IMG/VR virus record: IMGVR_UViG_3300028635_000030
Location: 1 to 30,931 of that record
Origin: a virus
Lineage: Duplodnaviria > Caudoviricetes
Reading direction: 5' to 3' (one strand)
Length of the DNA stretch: 30,931 nucleotides
This document shows positions 9,028-18,449 of this stretch, piece by piece. Every line of letters starts with the position of its first letter. Position 1 is the first letter of the stretch. Made by a program: the position numbers and the translations under genes. The notes under the pieces are model-generated. The model was not told where the DNA came from. It saw only the letters and a program-made list of their open reading frames with translations, and made no database searches.

Positions 9028-9207
9028 ATGGGAAACACAAAAGAAGAACTTTTAGAAGATTTAGCAGAAAAAATAAAGGAACGTGAGACAATAAATACTA
9101 CTATTGTAAACACCATATCAACGCTAGGCATGCAACTTTCCGGTGTTGAATTTCAAATTAAAGACATATTAAATCAATTAGATAGCTTTCCAGAGGATAA
9201 TCCATGA
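9028..9207 (+). CDS. Small hypothetical protein (59 aa, not in ORF track)
   Basis: MGNTKEELLEDLAEKIKERE...FPEDNP*; fills the gap and its TGA overlaps the thioredoxin ATG. Confidence 0.65.
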   Translation: MGNTKEELLEDLAEKIKERETINTTIVNTISTLGMQLSGVEFQIKDILNQLDSFPEDNP

Positions 9208-9494
9208 TACCAAAAACAGGATTAGTATTAGTAGATGTATGGGCTCCATGGTGTGGTCCCTGTAAAGTGATGACACCCATATTAGAATCTTTACATAAAG
9301 AAATGGACGGTAAGTTTAAACTTGTTATGATTAATGCAGATGAACAAGATAAACCAGAAGTTCGTAATTTTTTAAAAGAAAATCAAATTATGGCAATACC
9401 GACAGTTATGATATATAAAGATGGTGGGCTTGTTCGAACTATTAGAGGTTTAATGCCTAAGGATACAATTAAATCTGCATTGGAGACTGCATAA
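9204..9494 (+). CDS. trxA: Thioredoxin
   Basis: WAPWCGPCK active site; cis-Pro AIPT. Confidence 0.95.
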   Translation: MIPKTGLVLVDVWAPWCGPCKVMTPILESLHKEMDGKFKLVMINADEQDKPEVRNFLKENQIMAIPTVMIYKDGGLVRTIRGLMPKDTIKSALETA

Positions 9495-10243
9495 TGAAGA
9501 TTTCTGAAATATTCATGAGTATACAAGGCGAAGGATTTACCACCGGGGTCCCTGCGTTATTTATTCGCATGCAAGGTTGTAATTTAGCTTGTGGCGGTGT
9601 CAATGGCGAGCTAATGAAAGCAGGGAAAGCAACTTGGTGGTGTGATAGCGAAACTGTTTGGAAAAACGGTAAAGAGTATACAAATGAACAAGTAGAAGAA
9701 AAAATTATAGAGTTGGGTGAATTGCCATATGTATTAGATGGTAGAACCCACATTATTTGGACTGGTGGCGAACCCACTATTCCGCGGAACGCAAACGCCA
9801 TTATTAGTTTTTTAGATTACATGCGTGAAAAGTATCCATATTCTAATATATACAGTGAAATAGAAACTAACGGGTCTTTAGTTGTTAAGCCTGAATTATA
9901 CGAAACATATATTCAACAAATCAATTGTTCTGCTAAGTTAGCTAACTCTGGAATGGCTAAAAGTATGAGAGTAAATGTGGATGCAATTAATCAAATTAAT
10001 TCACACCCGAATCATTGGTATAAATTTGTGGTTAATCTAGAACAAGACATAGATGCAATAATAGAAGAATATATCAAAGGTTGTGGTATACATGAAGATC
10101 GTATTATATTAATGCCCGGTTGTGATAATGTAAACGATTTGAGTAAAACAACAGAATTTGCATGGAGAATGGCTCAGAAAAAACATTGGAGAGTGTGTAC
10201 CAGAATGCATATTCTTTGTTATAATAAATTGACAGGTGTATAA
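9494..10243 (+). CDS. queE: 7-carboxy-7-deazaguanine synthase (radical SAM)
   Basis: ISEIF.SIQGEG...G.P..FIR..GCNL.C...WCDS, TGGEP, IETNG, C-terminal R.H. Confidence 0.92.
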   Translation: MKISEIFMSIQGEGFTTGVPALFIRMQGCNLACGGVNGELMKAGKATWWCDSETVWKNGKEYTNEQVEEKIIELGELPYVLDGRTHIIWTGGEPTIPRNANAIISFLDYMREKYPYSNIYSEIETNGSLVVKPELYETYIQQINCSAKLANSGMAKSMRVNVDAINQINSHPNHWYKFVVNLEQDIDAIIEEYIKGCGIHEDRIILMPGCDNVNDLSKTTEFAWRMAQKKHWRVCTRMHILCYNKLTGV

Positions 10244-10890
10244 TGGAACATACAGTAATAAGTAAAACAGATTATTCAAGAAATTGTTTTGAATTAAATA
10301 TTACAAAAGAGGGATTATATTTTGACCCCGGCACCTGCATATCTATATATGATAGACCATATAGTATTTGTTCATCTCCGAGTGATGATTATATCACATT
10401 ATTGATCCGGAGATTTCCTGGTGGTAAAATATCTGGAAGACTAGCTCAATTACTCCCTGGTGATAAACTTGATATAGGAGAGGTGTTTAATTACTTTAGT
10501 CCTGGATCTACAGATAAAAGATATTGTTTTATTGCAACTGGTGTAGGTATTTCACCTTTTATATCTGCATTAAAGGCTAATAAAGATAAGCATAAGCCAG
10601 AATTAATATTATACGGTGCAAGATTTAAAAATGAATTATATAATTATCAATGGCTAAAAAATAATTTTAATATAAAATTTGCAGTGACAAAGGATAATGT
10701 TGAAGGTCTTGATATACATCAAGGAAGAGTGACAGAAATATTAGATCAGTTACCAATAGAAGATGATATAATATACTATCTTTGTGGTATTGAGGGAATG
10801 ATTACAGATGTATCTGAATATTTAATGAACTATGGAGTTGGACACGATAGAATCAAGCAAGAACTATTTTATTCTGATAGGAATGGTTAA
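10243..10890 (+). CDS. Ferredoxin/flavodoxin-NAD(P)+ reductase family FAD oxidoreductase
   Basis: RPYSI.S, G.IS..L, IATGVGISPF, YGAR, YLCG...M, E.F motifs. Confidence 0.88.
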   Translation: MEHTVISKTDYSRNCFELNITKEGLYFDPGTCISIYDRPYSICSSPSDDYITLLIRRFPGGKISGRLAQLLPGDKLDIGEVFNYFSPGSTDKRYCFIATGVGISPFISALKANKDKHKPELILYGARFKNELYNYQWLKNNFNIKFAVTKDNVEGLDIHQGRVTEILDQLPIEDDIIYYLCGIEGMITDVSEYLMNYGVGHDRIKQELFYSDRNG

Positions 10891-11784
10891 ATGAAATTAG
10901 CAATTATAACACCTATACCACATTTAAACGATTTTCCAAATGATTCAAATTTTGTAATGGTTTTAGGGCATTTATTAAAGAATAGAAAATATTCCAAATA
11001 TTATAAAGATTTAAAAAAAGAACATCCGGATACATATATTTTATGTGATAATTCAGCAAACGAAGGATATATGATTAAAGGCAAGGAGCTTATATCTCTT
11101 GCAACAAAAATAAATGCAAATGAAATTATTGCGCCAGATAAATATCATGATGCAGAAATAACAAAATCTGAAACAATTAAATTTTTAGATGAACATTATG
11201 AAAAGGATTTAAGGGGTAGATTTAATGTAATGGCTGTACCTCAAGGAGACACATTAATAAAATATACTGATTGTTATAATACATTTATTAATGATCCTCG
11301 AATTAATACAATAGGAATAGGATACAGAACGTTAATACCTGCATTAATGAAAGATATTTATTTAACAACACCACATTATTGGGAGCAAATGGGTGTTAAT
11401 GAAATAAGGTTACTTGCTGATTCATTGGAGGATAATTGTTTTAATTATACGATGTCTAGATTATTCTTTATAAGACATTTTGTTAATTTTATTGAATTAA
11501 ATAATAAAAGTAAACAAATCCATTTATTGGGTTTATATAACCCTATTGAGCTTAAATTAATTAATAAAGCATTTTCCAAACGAGAATTAACTTCAATTAG
11601 AAGTTGTGATAGTGCAGCACCATGGCAGGCTGCTCAAGCAAACGTTATTTTTAATGAGCATTATGGGGTATCAAGTAAACCTAAAGCTTATTTAGATTTT
11701 GAATATAAATGTAATAAAAATGAATTAAGTATTTTTTCAATAAATTATGGACTAATAAATATGTGGGCAAAACCTTATGAATAA
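10891..11784 (+). CDS. dpdA: TGT-fold transglycosylase, probable DNA 7-deazaguanine insertase (DpdA-like)
   Basis: LCDNSA.E (cf. DSG), IAPD, AVPQG, IGIG, IHLLG, SCDS motifs in TGT order; operonic with queD/queE. Confidence 0.75.
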   Translation: MKLAIITPIPHLNDFPNDSNFVMVLGHLLKNRKYSKYYKDLKKEHPDTYILCDNSANEGYMIKGKELISLATKINANEIIAPDKYHDAEITKSETIKFLDEHYEKDLRGRFNVMAVPQGDTLIKYTDCYNTFINDPRINTIGIGYRTLIPALMKDIYLTTPHYWEQMGVNEIRLLADSLEDNCFNYTMSRLFFIRHFVNFIELNNKSKQIHLLGLYNPIELKLINKAFSKRELTSIRSCDSAAPWQAAQANVIFNEHYGVSSKPKAYLDFEYKCNKNELSIFSINYGLINMWAKPYE

Positions 11785-12208
11785 ATCAGTATATTTAAGT
11801 GGTAGTATAGAATATAGTAAAGATCCATCATCTTGGCGGAATAAGATGGAAAAGGAATTATATGGTATTTGTAAAGTTATAAATCCGTCGACGCAATTTT
11901 GTCCTTTAGAAAAAGAAGATACAATTACATATAAAGAATGGATATATAATAATTTTATTATACCCGATATTCAAGATGTAATGAGGTGTAGTCATTTTTT
12001 CATTAAAATTGATAAGGCTACTGGTCGTGGCAGTGGTACATGGGGCGAATTAACTGTTGCGGCGTATTTAAATAAGCGTATAATATATATGATTGACTGC
12101 ATCGATATACCTAATATACCCGGGTGGTCATTAGGGTGTTTGGCCTATGCGCATAAAGTAGATAATATTGACGAAGCAATTGATTTTATAAAGAAGGATG
12201 TAATATGA
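11777..12208 (+). CDS. Nucleoside 2-deoxyribosyltransferase / nucleotide N-glycosidase family protein
   Basis: VYLSG.I...WR...INP...D...V....GT..E...A....K.I with the catalytic Glu. Confidence 0.8.
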   Translation: MNKSVYLSGSIEYSKDPSSWRNKMEKELYGICKVINPSTQFCPLEKEDTITYKEWIYNNFIIPDIQDVMRCSHFFIKIDKATGRGSGTWGELTVAAYLNKRIIYMIDCIDIPNIPGWSLGCLAYAHKVDNIDEAIDFIKKDVI

Positions 12209-12930
12209 GAATATTAGTTACTGGAACATCATGTGTAGGTAAGTCTACATTTATTAACGATTTTTTAGAGCAATGGCCGATGTATAAATGCCCTAAACGA
12301 TCTTATAGAGAAGAGGCGAAGGATCAGAATATTAAATTGAATAAAGACGGAGATGTAGAAAGTCAACGCAAAATACAAAAAATACTTGTGGAACAGTTGG
12401 AAGCACATAAGAACGAATCACATGTTATTTTTGACAGGGGGCCGCTTGATAATTTAGTATATAGTATTTGGCTTAATATAAAGAAAATAGGAAATGTAGA
12501 CGATTTGTTTATTGAACAATCCATAATGAAAGTTAAGCAGACAGTTAGTGTATATGACATAATATTTTTTATTCCTATTATAAAAGATCGACCAATAAAC
12601 ATTGTTCCAGATGATCAAAGAGATACTGATCCAATATTTAGAGAAGAGATTGACAATTTGTTTAAAGGGATTATTCAAACGTGGCACAAGGGTAAGGATA
12701 CATTTTTTCCAAAAGAAAATTGTCCGGCTATTATAGAAATTTTTGGAAACCCACAAGAACGTATAGAGATAGCAAAATTATATATTAATTCTGCAGGAGA
12801 TTCTTTTACAGAAACAGATGCATTAATTGATTTGTCTAATATTGATACTCATACAGATGTCGAAGAAGATATTAAAGATCTTATAAAAGAAAAGTCTATT
12901 TCACAAAAAAACGATATAATTCTTCTATAA
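12205..12930 (+). CDS. P-loop nucleoside/nucleotide kinase-like protein (AAA_28/dNMP kinase-like)
   Basis: ILVTGTSCVGKST Walker A; IFDRGPLD.LVYS. Confidence 0.8.
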   Translation: MRILVTGTSCVGKSTFINDFLEQWPMYKCPKRSYREEAKDQNIKLNKDGDVESQRKIQKILVEQLEAHKNESHVIFDRGPLDNLVYSIWLNIKKIGNVDDLFIEQSIMKVKQTVSVYDIIFFIPIIKDRPINIVPDDQRDTDPIFREEIDNLFKGIIQTWHKGKDTFFPKENCPAIIEIFGNPQERIEIAKLYINSAGDSFTETDALIDLSNIDTHTDVEEDIKDLIKEKSISQKNDIILL

Positions 12931-12935
12931 AAAGA

Positions 12936-12954
12936 TATAAATACCGGTAAATAA
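12936..12954 (+). promoter_or_regulatory. Tandem late-promoter boxes (TATAAATA, GGTAAATAA)
   Basis: TATAAATA 12936-12943 and GGTAAATAA 12946-12954, ahead of a GAGGT RBS. Confidence 0.65.
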
Positions 12955-12974
12955 TTGTATTAAGAGGTATAATT

Positions 12975-13817
12975 ATGATCGGTAATTTAACATTTGATTC
13001 TATATGCGAAATGGTTATTAATGAAGCACGCAATAAGTATCCTTATATTGAGATAGGGGATAAAGCGCGTGAAGATGCAAAGAATATGTTAACACCAGAA
13101 GAAAATGAGTTTTATTCAATTTCTATTCCACGTACTGTTGTTAGAGGAATGCGCATTAAAAAATATAAAGATGATCCGAATCTAGGACCAGCAGAGCTTG
13201 ATGCTCCTATATCAGATAGTGATTCACCTTTTGTACGTCATTATAAAGAACTATATAAGTCTCGAGTTGATATGTATAGAACTGTTCTTTTAAATATCAA
13301 ATATTTGATCAATAATTTACCAACAAATCCTAGTACAGGAGAACAGGCAACCGGCCTTAAAATGAATGAATTATTTGCAACCAGCGTTTCGCCTCAATAT
13401 AAAGTTACTAAATTACAGATGAACCAATTTAAGAATTTTATGTCAGGGTTATATAAACAAACAAAAATGCTTACATGGGACGCAGCTACAGATGAATTTG
13501 TTCCTGGTGGTACAGATGTATCTGAAGAACCAATTTCACAAAAAGTAGAAGATCCTTTAGATAATATAGATGATGCTCGTGCTGAAGACCTTCCAGATGA
13601 CGTTGAAGTATCTGTCCCCGATGAAGATGAAGACATGTGGGGTGGCGAACCTAAATACGATGATGAAGGTAATATTGTAGATGATAGTGACGATAATGGC
13701 GAAGGATATGGTTTTATAAGTAAAAAGAAACGAACATCAGATGACGACGAGCCGGAAGGCTATGGTACCGATATATACAAAGATATGGGATTGGATGATG
13801 ATTATTGGGAGTCCTGA
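12975..13817 (+). CDS. Hypothetical probable virion protein with highly acidic C-terminus
   Basis: Leader ..TFDSICEMVINE|A; D/E-rich last 90 aa. Confidence 0.65.
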   Translation: MIGNLTFDSICEMVINEARNKYPYIEIGDKAREDAKNMLTPEENEFYSISIPRTVVRGMRIKKYKDDPNLGPAELDAPISDSDSPFVRHYKELYKSRVDMYRTVLLNIKYLINNLPTNPSTGEQATGLKMNELFATSVSPQYKVTKLQMNQFKNFMSGLYKQTKMLTWDAATDEFVPGGTDVSEEPISQKVEDPLDNIDDARAEDLPDDVEVSVPDEDEDMWGGEPKYDDEGNIVDDSDDNGEGYGFISKKKRTSDDDEPEGYGTDIYKDMGLDDDYWES

Positions 13818-13819
13818 TT

Positions 13820-14158
13820 ATGAATTTTAAACAATTATGCGAAAATTTTAATGTATATAAATCTGTAAAAAGGGAATATTATCCGCGGCAAATTAAATTT
13901 AGTCCTAAATTTTTATCTGCCGTATCAGAAGAATATAAAAGACAACAATTAGAAGAAGATACTGGAATTAATAACCACCGGGCTAAATTTATAAAGGCAT
14001 TAAATTTTCATTTACGTCAAATTGATACCGGCCAAATAAACGAAGAGACACAAGAACAAAAAATTAAAAAACAACGCAGAGAGCACAAAAACTTTTTACG
14101 AAAACATAAATCAGAAGTAAAAAATGTGTTAAAAAGAAATGTGAATAGAGACTGTTAA
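13820..14158 (+). CDS. Hypothetical basic protein
   Basis: Likely start MNFKQLCE|N at 13820, just after the upstream stop. Confidence 0.6.
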   Translation: MNFKQLCENFNVYKSVKREYYPRQIKFSPKFLSAVSEEYKRQQLEEDTGINNHRAKFIKALNFHLRQIDTGQINEETQEQKIKKQRREHKNFLRKHKSEVKNVLKRNVNRDC

Positions 14159-14316
14159 TGGAATTAGGATATAATTATTTAAACACCGCTTTCACAGGAA
14201 CAGTATCACCTAATCTATCTGGAAATGATTTGTTTCCTATATTGCCCGAGGATCGCGGAGTAGCACAAAAAACCGCTGATGTTGAATTTAAAAGTCCTTT
14301 TAACGATGTTGATTAA
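14158..14316 (+). CDS. Small hypothetical protein (52 aa, not in ORF track)
   Basis: TAATG coupling; MELGYNYLNTAFTG...SPFNDVD*; ends convergently on the primase stop. Confidence 0.5.
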   Translation: MELGYNYLNTAFTGTVSPNLSGNDLFPILPEDRGVAQKTADVEFKSPFNDVD

Positions 14317-15319
14317 TTTTTAATCTTGTTTTTGCTTCGATACCTTCAAAACTATTGTCTATAATAAATTTATTAGATATTTCATTAATTTCAAAATTTA
14401 TACATATATCATTAAAATCTTTATATTTTTTTAGCTTTTCGGGCCAAATAAATACTCTTTCTCCCCTATCAATTAATTCCATTGTTTTTTCTTTACTGGC
14501 TTTATCTATTATTTGATTGTCTAATACCCAAATTTGTTTATAAAGATTATAACGTTGCAATATCTGTTTTTGAATATTTGTTAAATGTAAGCCACAGATA
14601 GCTACACCGTTTACAGTAAACATACTATCTATTGGTCCTTCAAAAATGAATATATAGTCCCTATTAGAATCTATATTATTAATACCATATATCCGTTTAT
14701 CCGAGTTAAGTTTTGATAGATATTTTGGTCTATTATCATTTAAATCTTCAGGCATTACAGCTCGTGTTTGATAGAATCTAATTTGATTATCATCATCATA
14801 AAATGGAATACATAATCTATTTTTATGTACTTTATCTTTTAATGATACCCATAATGTTTTAGGCCGGTTGATGGCAAGATTTAAACGACGTTGCTGTATT
14901 ATCTTTAAACATTGTTGCACCGCTGTATTTTGTGAATAATAATTAACCTGGTTTGGGTCTAATAGATTTATACTATCTTCAGGTAAAGTTCCAAAGTCAA
15001 CTTTTTTAATTTGTGTTTGGGGTTCAATTATATCATCTATTGAATATCCAAACTCATTAATTTCAGTCATTATATCTTTATATGATAATCCACAAACTTG
15101 CTGTATCCATGTCATTGGTGTCCATCCACGGTTACAATTATGGCAATAAAAATATCCTTCATCTGCCATAAAATAGCCGCGTTTCTTTTTTCCCGCACTT
15201 TTGCCTTCATTGCATATTGGGCATTCAAAATTATAAACGCCAACTCGGTGCTTTAATTTTGTGGGTCGTTTGGTATGTTGTCTAATTTTTACTATTATAT
15301 ATTCTGTGGGAATTACCAT
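14300..15319 (-). CDS. gp61: DNA primase, T4 gp61-like
   Basis: Zn ribbon CPIC.EG.....KRG.F.....CHNC; RL.IPF; FIFEGPIDS.F and LDN TOPRIM motifs; KD.ND. Confidence 0.93.
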   Translation of the reverse strand: MVIPTEYIIVKIRQHTKRPTKLKHRVGVYNFECPICNEGKSAGKKKRGYFMADEGYFYCHNCNRGWTPMTWIQQVCGLSYKDIMTEINEFGYSIDDIIEPQTQIKKVDFGTLPEDSINLLDPNQVNYYSQNTAVQQCLKIIQQRRLNLAINRPKTLWVSLKDKVHKNRLCIPFYDDDNQIRFYQTRAVMPEDLNDNRPKYLSKLNSDKRIYGINNIDSNRDYIFIFEGPIDSMFTVNGVAICGLHLTNIQKQILQRYNLYKQIWVLDNQIIDKASKEKTMELIDRGERVFIWPEKLKKYKDFNDICINFEINEISNKFIIDNSFEGIEAKTRLKINQHR

Positions 15320-15326
15320 GTATATT

Positions 15327-15354
15327 ATTATACATTAGAAATAAGAAGATACAA
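15327..15354 (-). promoter_or_regulatory. sigma70-like promoter of primase (leaderless geometry)
   Basis: TTGTAT-N16-TATAAT, 7 nt before the ATG; no SD. Confidence 0.6.
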
Positions 15355-15358
15355 TATG

Positions 15359-16819
15359 TTATTTGATATTTATATGTTGTATTATTGTCTGTATTTCTTC
15401 TGGTTTCAATTTTTTCAATTGGTCAAGAATACTTTGTTGAGTACTAGATAATTGAGCGCGCTGTTCAGAATTGGAAGCCTGCTGATTATATACACCAGTA
15501 TTACCAGATGTATTCATACCTATTAACTGGGGTGCTGTATGTTTTAAAAGAGATCGGGAAACATCTTGCCAGTTTAAATTTCTTAATTCAGTGTATCCGT
15601 CATCCCCATCAGAGAATTGATCAGTGTTAATTATGTCTGCATTATTATTGTCCCGGTTTTGATTGTCTTGATTTTGGTTGTTCTGCACATTATCTTTTTC
15701 TTTAAGAACAATTTGAGAACGGATGGAATTTATCACTAATTTATCAAATAAAGAGTTATTTATAAATTTTTGAAATGATTCATTTGTAACATTACTGGAT
15801 GGAGTTGTTTTCATAAGTGTGTCCTTTATACTATTTATACATTCATCGCGTATTTTCTGTTCGGCTTCTTGTAAATATGTCATAATAAATTTGATACCAT
15901 CATCTTTCCAACGACATGATATTTCATTATTGTTTTCTTTACGTCCAACAAGACCTATAGTATTGTTGATAGCGCGCATTATAACATTGATATCATTAAA
16001 TTCATTTTCACCCATTAATTTAATTGAAGGTACCAAAATTTTATACGTTTGTATATTATAACTATTTTGAATATATTTAGTAAGAGAAAATACGGTATCT
16101 GTAACTTGTCTACCTATTGTTATTAATATGTTATCGGGAAGCTTTACATCCCATAAATTTTTAGCCATATCAATAGCATAGCTATTATATGTATCATATA
16201 TTACTTGTGTTATATTATTTATAAATGCTTCGGATGTTATATTTAAATAGTTTATTTTGTTGTCTTTCATATTATTGACAATAGCAAACATAATGAATAA
16301 ATCGCGGCATGTACCTTTTATTAATATTCTAGCTTTCGGCTTTACATATTTTTGAATTGGCTCATTAAAATATTTTTGTTTAAAGCATTCAAAAAAGGTT
16401 CCAAATACAAATTCTGCGGTGCTGTTTCCAAAACTTCTCATTGAATGTATCATGCTTATTGCTGCAGTTCCCACCATTTGGGCTTGAGTCCCACCTTCTT
16501 TAGCAACTTTACCCACTGAGCTCATTTGATTTATCATTGCTTTCATTAATGGGTCGTGTTCCATTTCACCATTATTCCCTTGTTGTATTTCTGCAGCTCT
16601 ATTAAAATTTCTATAAACGGCTAAATTCCTCATATTTTGTATACTTTGGGAATAAGCATTTAGTGGAACAGTTTGTATAACAGCGTGTGTTTGCCGCGGT
16701 AATTTTTTTAGTTCGTCTATATCACTGTCGTTAATAAATTTATGATTATACGCAGAATAATAATTTTGTTTTATTTTTTCTGGTAATGTTGTAAACCATT
16801 TTTCTTCCCACCAGTTCAT
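15359..16819 (-). CDS. Hypothetical protein (N/Q-rich C-terminus)
   Basis: 486 aa ORF, last gene of a tightly packed minus-strand operon. Confidence 0.75.
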   Translation of the reverse strand: MNWWEEKWFTTLPEKIKQNYYSAYNHKFINDSDIDELKKLPRQTHAVIQTVPLNAYSQSIQNMRNLAVYRNFNRAAEIQQGNNGEMEHDPLMKAMINQMSSVGKVAKEGGTQAQMVGTAAISMIHSMRSFGNSTAEFVFGTFFECFKQKYFNEPIQKYVKPKARILIKGTCRDLFIMFAIVNNMKDNKINYLNITSEAFINNITQVIYDTYNSYAIDMAKNLWDVKLPDNILITIGRQVTDTVFSLTKYIQNSYNIQTYKILVPSIKLMGENEFNDINVIMRAINNTIGLVGRKENNNEISCRWKDDGIKFIMTYLQEAEQKIRDECINSIKDTLMKTTPSSNVTNESFQKFINNSLFDKLVINSIRSQIVLKEKDNVQNNQNQDNQNRDNNNADIINTDQFSDGDDGYTELRNLNWQDVSRSLLKHTAPQLIGMNTSGNTGVYNQQASNSEQRAQLSSTQQSILDQLKKLKPEEIQTIIQHINIK

Positions 16820-16825
16820 TTAACT

Positions 16826-17950
16826 TTAATCCCCTGTTCCAGTTTTTGATAAAATTGCACGGTTTATAGGCCCCGATATTTTATGTGATATATCTCGTCC
16901 AGTGCTTTTAAGGCTATTAAGCATATCTGATACACCGACTAAATTTACTAAATCGTCTGTTAGATCTAAAACAAAACCTATTATATTATCAACCCATTTT
17001 TCTATTTCAGACCCCATATTTTTTCCGCCATCAGGGCCTATAATCATTACACCCATATTATTAACAGGGAATAATAATTTTAAAAGAAAAGGTTTGTATT
17101 TATTTAAATATTTAATAATTAACAGTAAAATTTTAAATGGCATTTGGGCCGATTTCATCCACATAGTACCAATAAGATTGATAATACCCGTAATTATGGC
17201 AATACCTGCACCCCATCCAATCTGCTTTAAAATTACCATTAATAATTTATTTTCATTAATTATCATTAAATTCTCATTAATATAATTATTCATTACTTTA
17301 TTGAATTGTTCTTCTTTTATTTTATTAATACCACCTAATTCATATTTAAATGCATTTCCAATATTTTGTATCCATGTTTGCCAGCCACTTTTTTCGGCAA
17401 GTGTACCTAATTTTTTCATATTATCTTTATATTTGCCCTCGTATGCTTTTTTTAAATTGTTAAACATAAAGATTAAATTTTTTTCTGATGTCATATATTT
17501 TATTTTTCCTACGACATCATTAATTCTATTGAGCGTAGTTTGAATTTCGTCTTGGTTTGGGGGTAAATCATTATATGATTTATTATTATCCGTGGAACCG
17601 TTATTTTCATTTACCGCGTTATCTTCGTTATTACCAATTTCATTGGTTGTATTATTAATGTTATTGAATCCTGCTGCAAAATCTGCAATTGTGTTTTCAG
17701 TATCAATTCTTATCCTTTCAAGTTTTTCAGTAGACAATATAGTAGGCACCGTAGGATCTTTCATTAAAATACTTAAAGCATCTGTCCATTCTTCGTTTTT
17801 TATAGCATTTAAAAACATCATAGTATCATTATCTGTCCATGTGTTGTTATCAATGAGATCATTCTGAATTGCTTCTGTTATATTATAATAAGAACCCGGG
17901 CATGATTGTATATCAATAAATTTTTTTATTTGAGAATCAAATTTACTCAT
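16826..17950 (-). CDS. Hypothetical probable virion protein with hydrophobic/membrane segment
   Basis: MSKFD..ITE|A leader; LLMVILKQIGWGAGIAIITGIINLIG hydrophobic stretch. Confidence 0.7.
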   Translation of the reverse strand: MSKFDSQIKKFIDIQSCPGSYYNITEAIQNDLIDNNTWTDNDTMMFLNAIKNEEWTDALSILMKDPTVPTILSTEKLERIRIDTENTIADFAAGFNNINNTTNEIGNNEDNAVNENNGSTDNNKSYNDLPPNQDEIQTTLNRINDVVGKIKYMTSEKNLIFMFNNLKKAYEGKYKDNMKKLGTLAEKSGWQTWIQNIGNAFKYELGGINKIKEEQFNKVMNNYINENLMIINENKLLMVILKQIGWGAGIAIITGIINLIGTMWMKSAQMPFKILLLIIKYLNKYKPFLLKLLFPVNNMGVMIIGPDGGKNMGSEIEKWVDNIIGFVLDLTDDLVNLVGVSDMLNSLKSTGRDISHKISGPINRAILSKTGTGD

Positions 17951-17955
17951 TTTTA

Positions 17956-18375
17956 TTATTGCCCTTGTCTAGCCAATTCTGCTTTTGTTGCACTATATGT
18001 TACACCCGCAGATTCAAATTCACTTCCCAGTGCTGCAAATTTAGATCCAATATCACTTAATAAACTTGCAGCCCTTCCCCAAATTTTACCTGCACCCGGT
18101 TTGCCCGCTGCTATTTTTACCTGTTTTAATAATTCAAGGGTGGTGCCTTGTAATTCTTTTGCGGTTTGTTGCCATTGAGGCAATCCATCTAGAATAGGAT
18201 CTGGGGTATCGCCGGCTGCTTGAGTATCATCAAGACTTGCTTGTAGTTCTGGTCCTTGTACCCCAAGATCACCTTGAGGTAAATTACCTGGAGCTGCTGG
18301 TATTCCGCCGGATAAATCTGTTAATGGTCCTTGTTCCTTTAACATTTTAATAAATTGTGTTCTAAATCTATTCAT
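17956..18375 (-). CDS. Hypothetical probable internal head protein
   Basis: MNRFRTQFIKMLKE|Q leader; G/P/A-rich. Confidence 0.7.
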   Translation of the reverse strand: MNRFRTQFIKMLKEQGPLTDLSGGIPAAPGNLPQGDLGVQGPELQASLDDTQAAGDTPDPILDGLPQWQQTAKELQGTTLELLKQVKIAAGKPGAGKIWGRAASLLSDIGSKFAALGSEFESAGVTYSATKAELARQGQ

Positions 18376-18396
18376 AACATATGTATAACCTTTGAA

Positions 18397-18432
18397 TTAT
18401 TTACCCATTTTAACAATAAATATGGTAAATAA
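18397..18432. promoter_or_regulatory. Back-to-back divergent late-promoter motifs
   Basis: GGTAAATAA on the minus strand (18397-18405) and on the plus strand (18424-18432). Confidence 0.7.
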
Positions 18433-18449
18433 ATACAGAGAGTACATAT

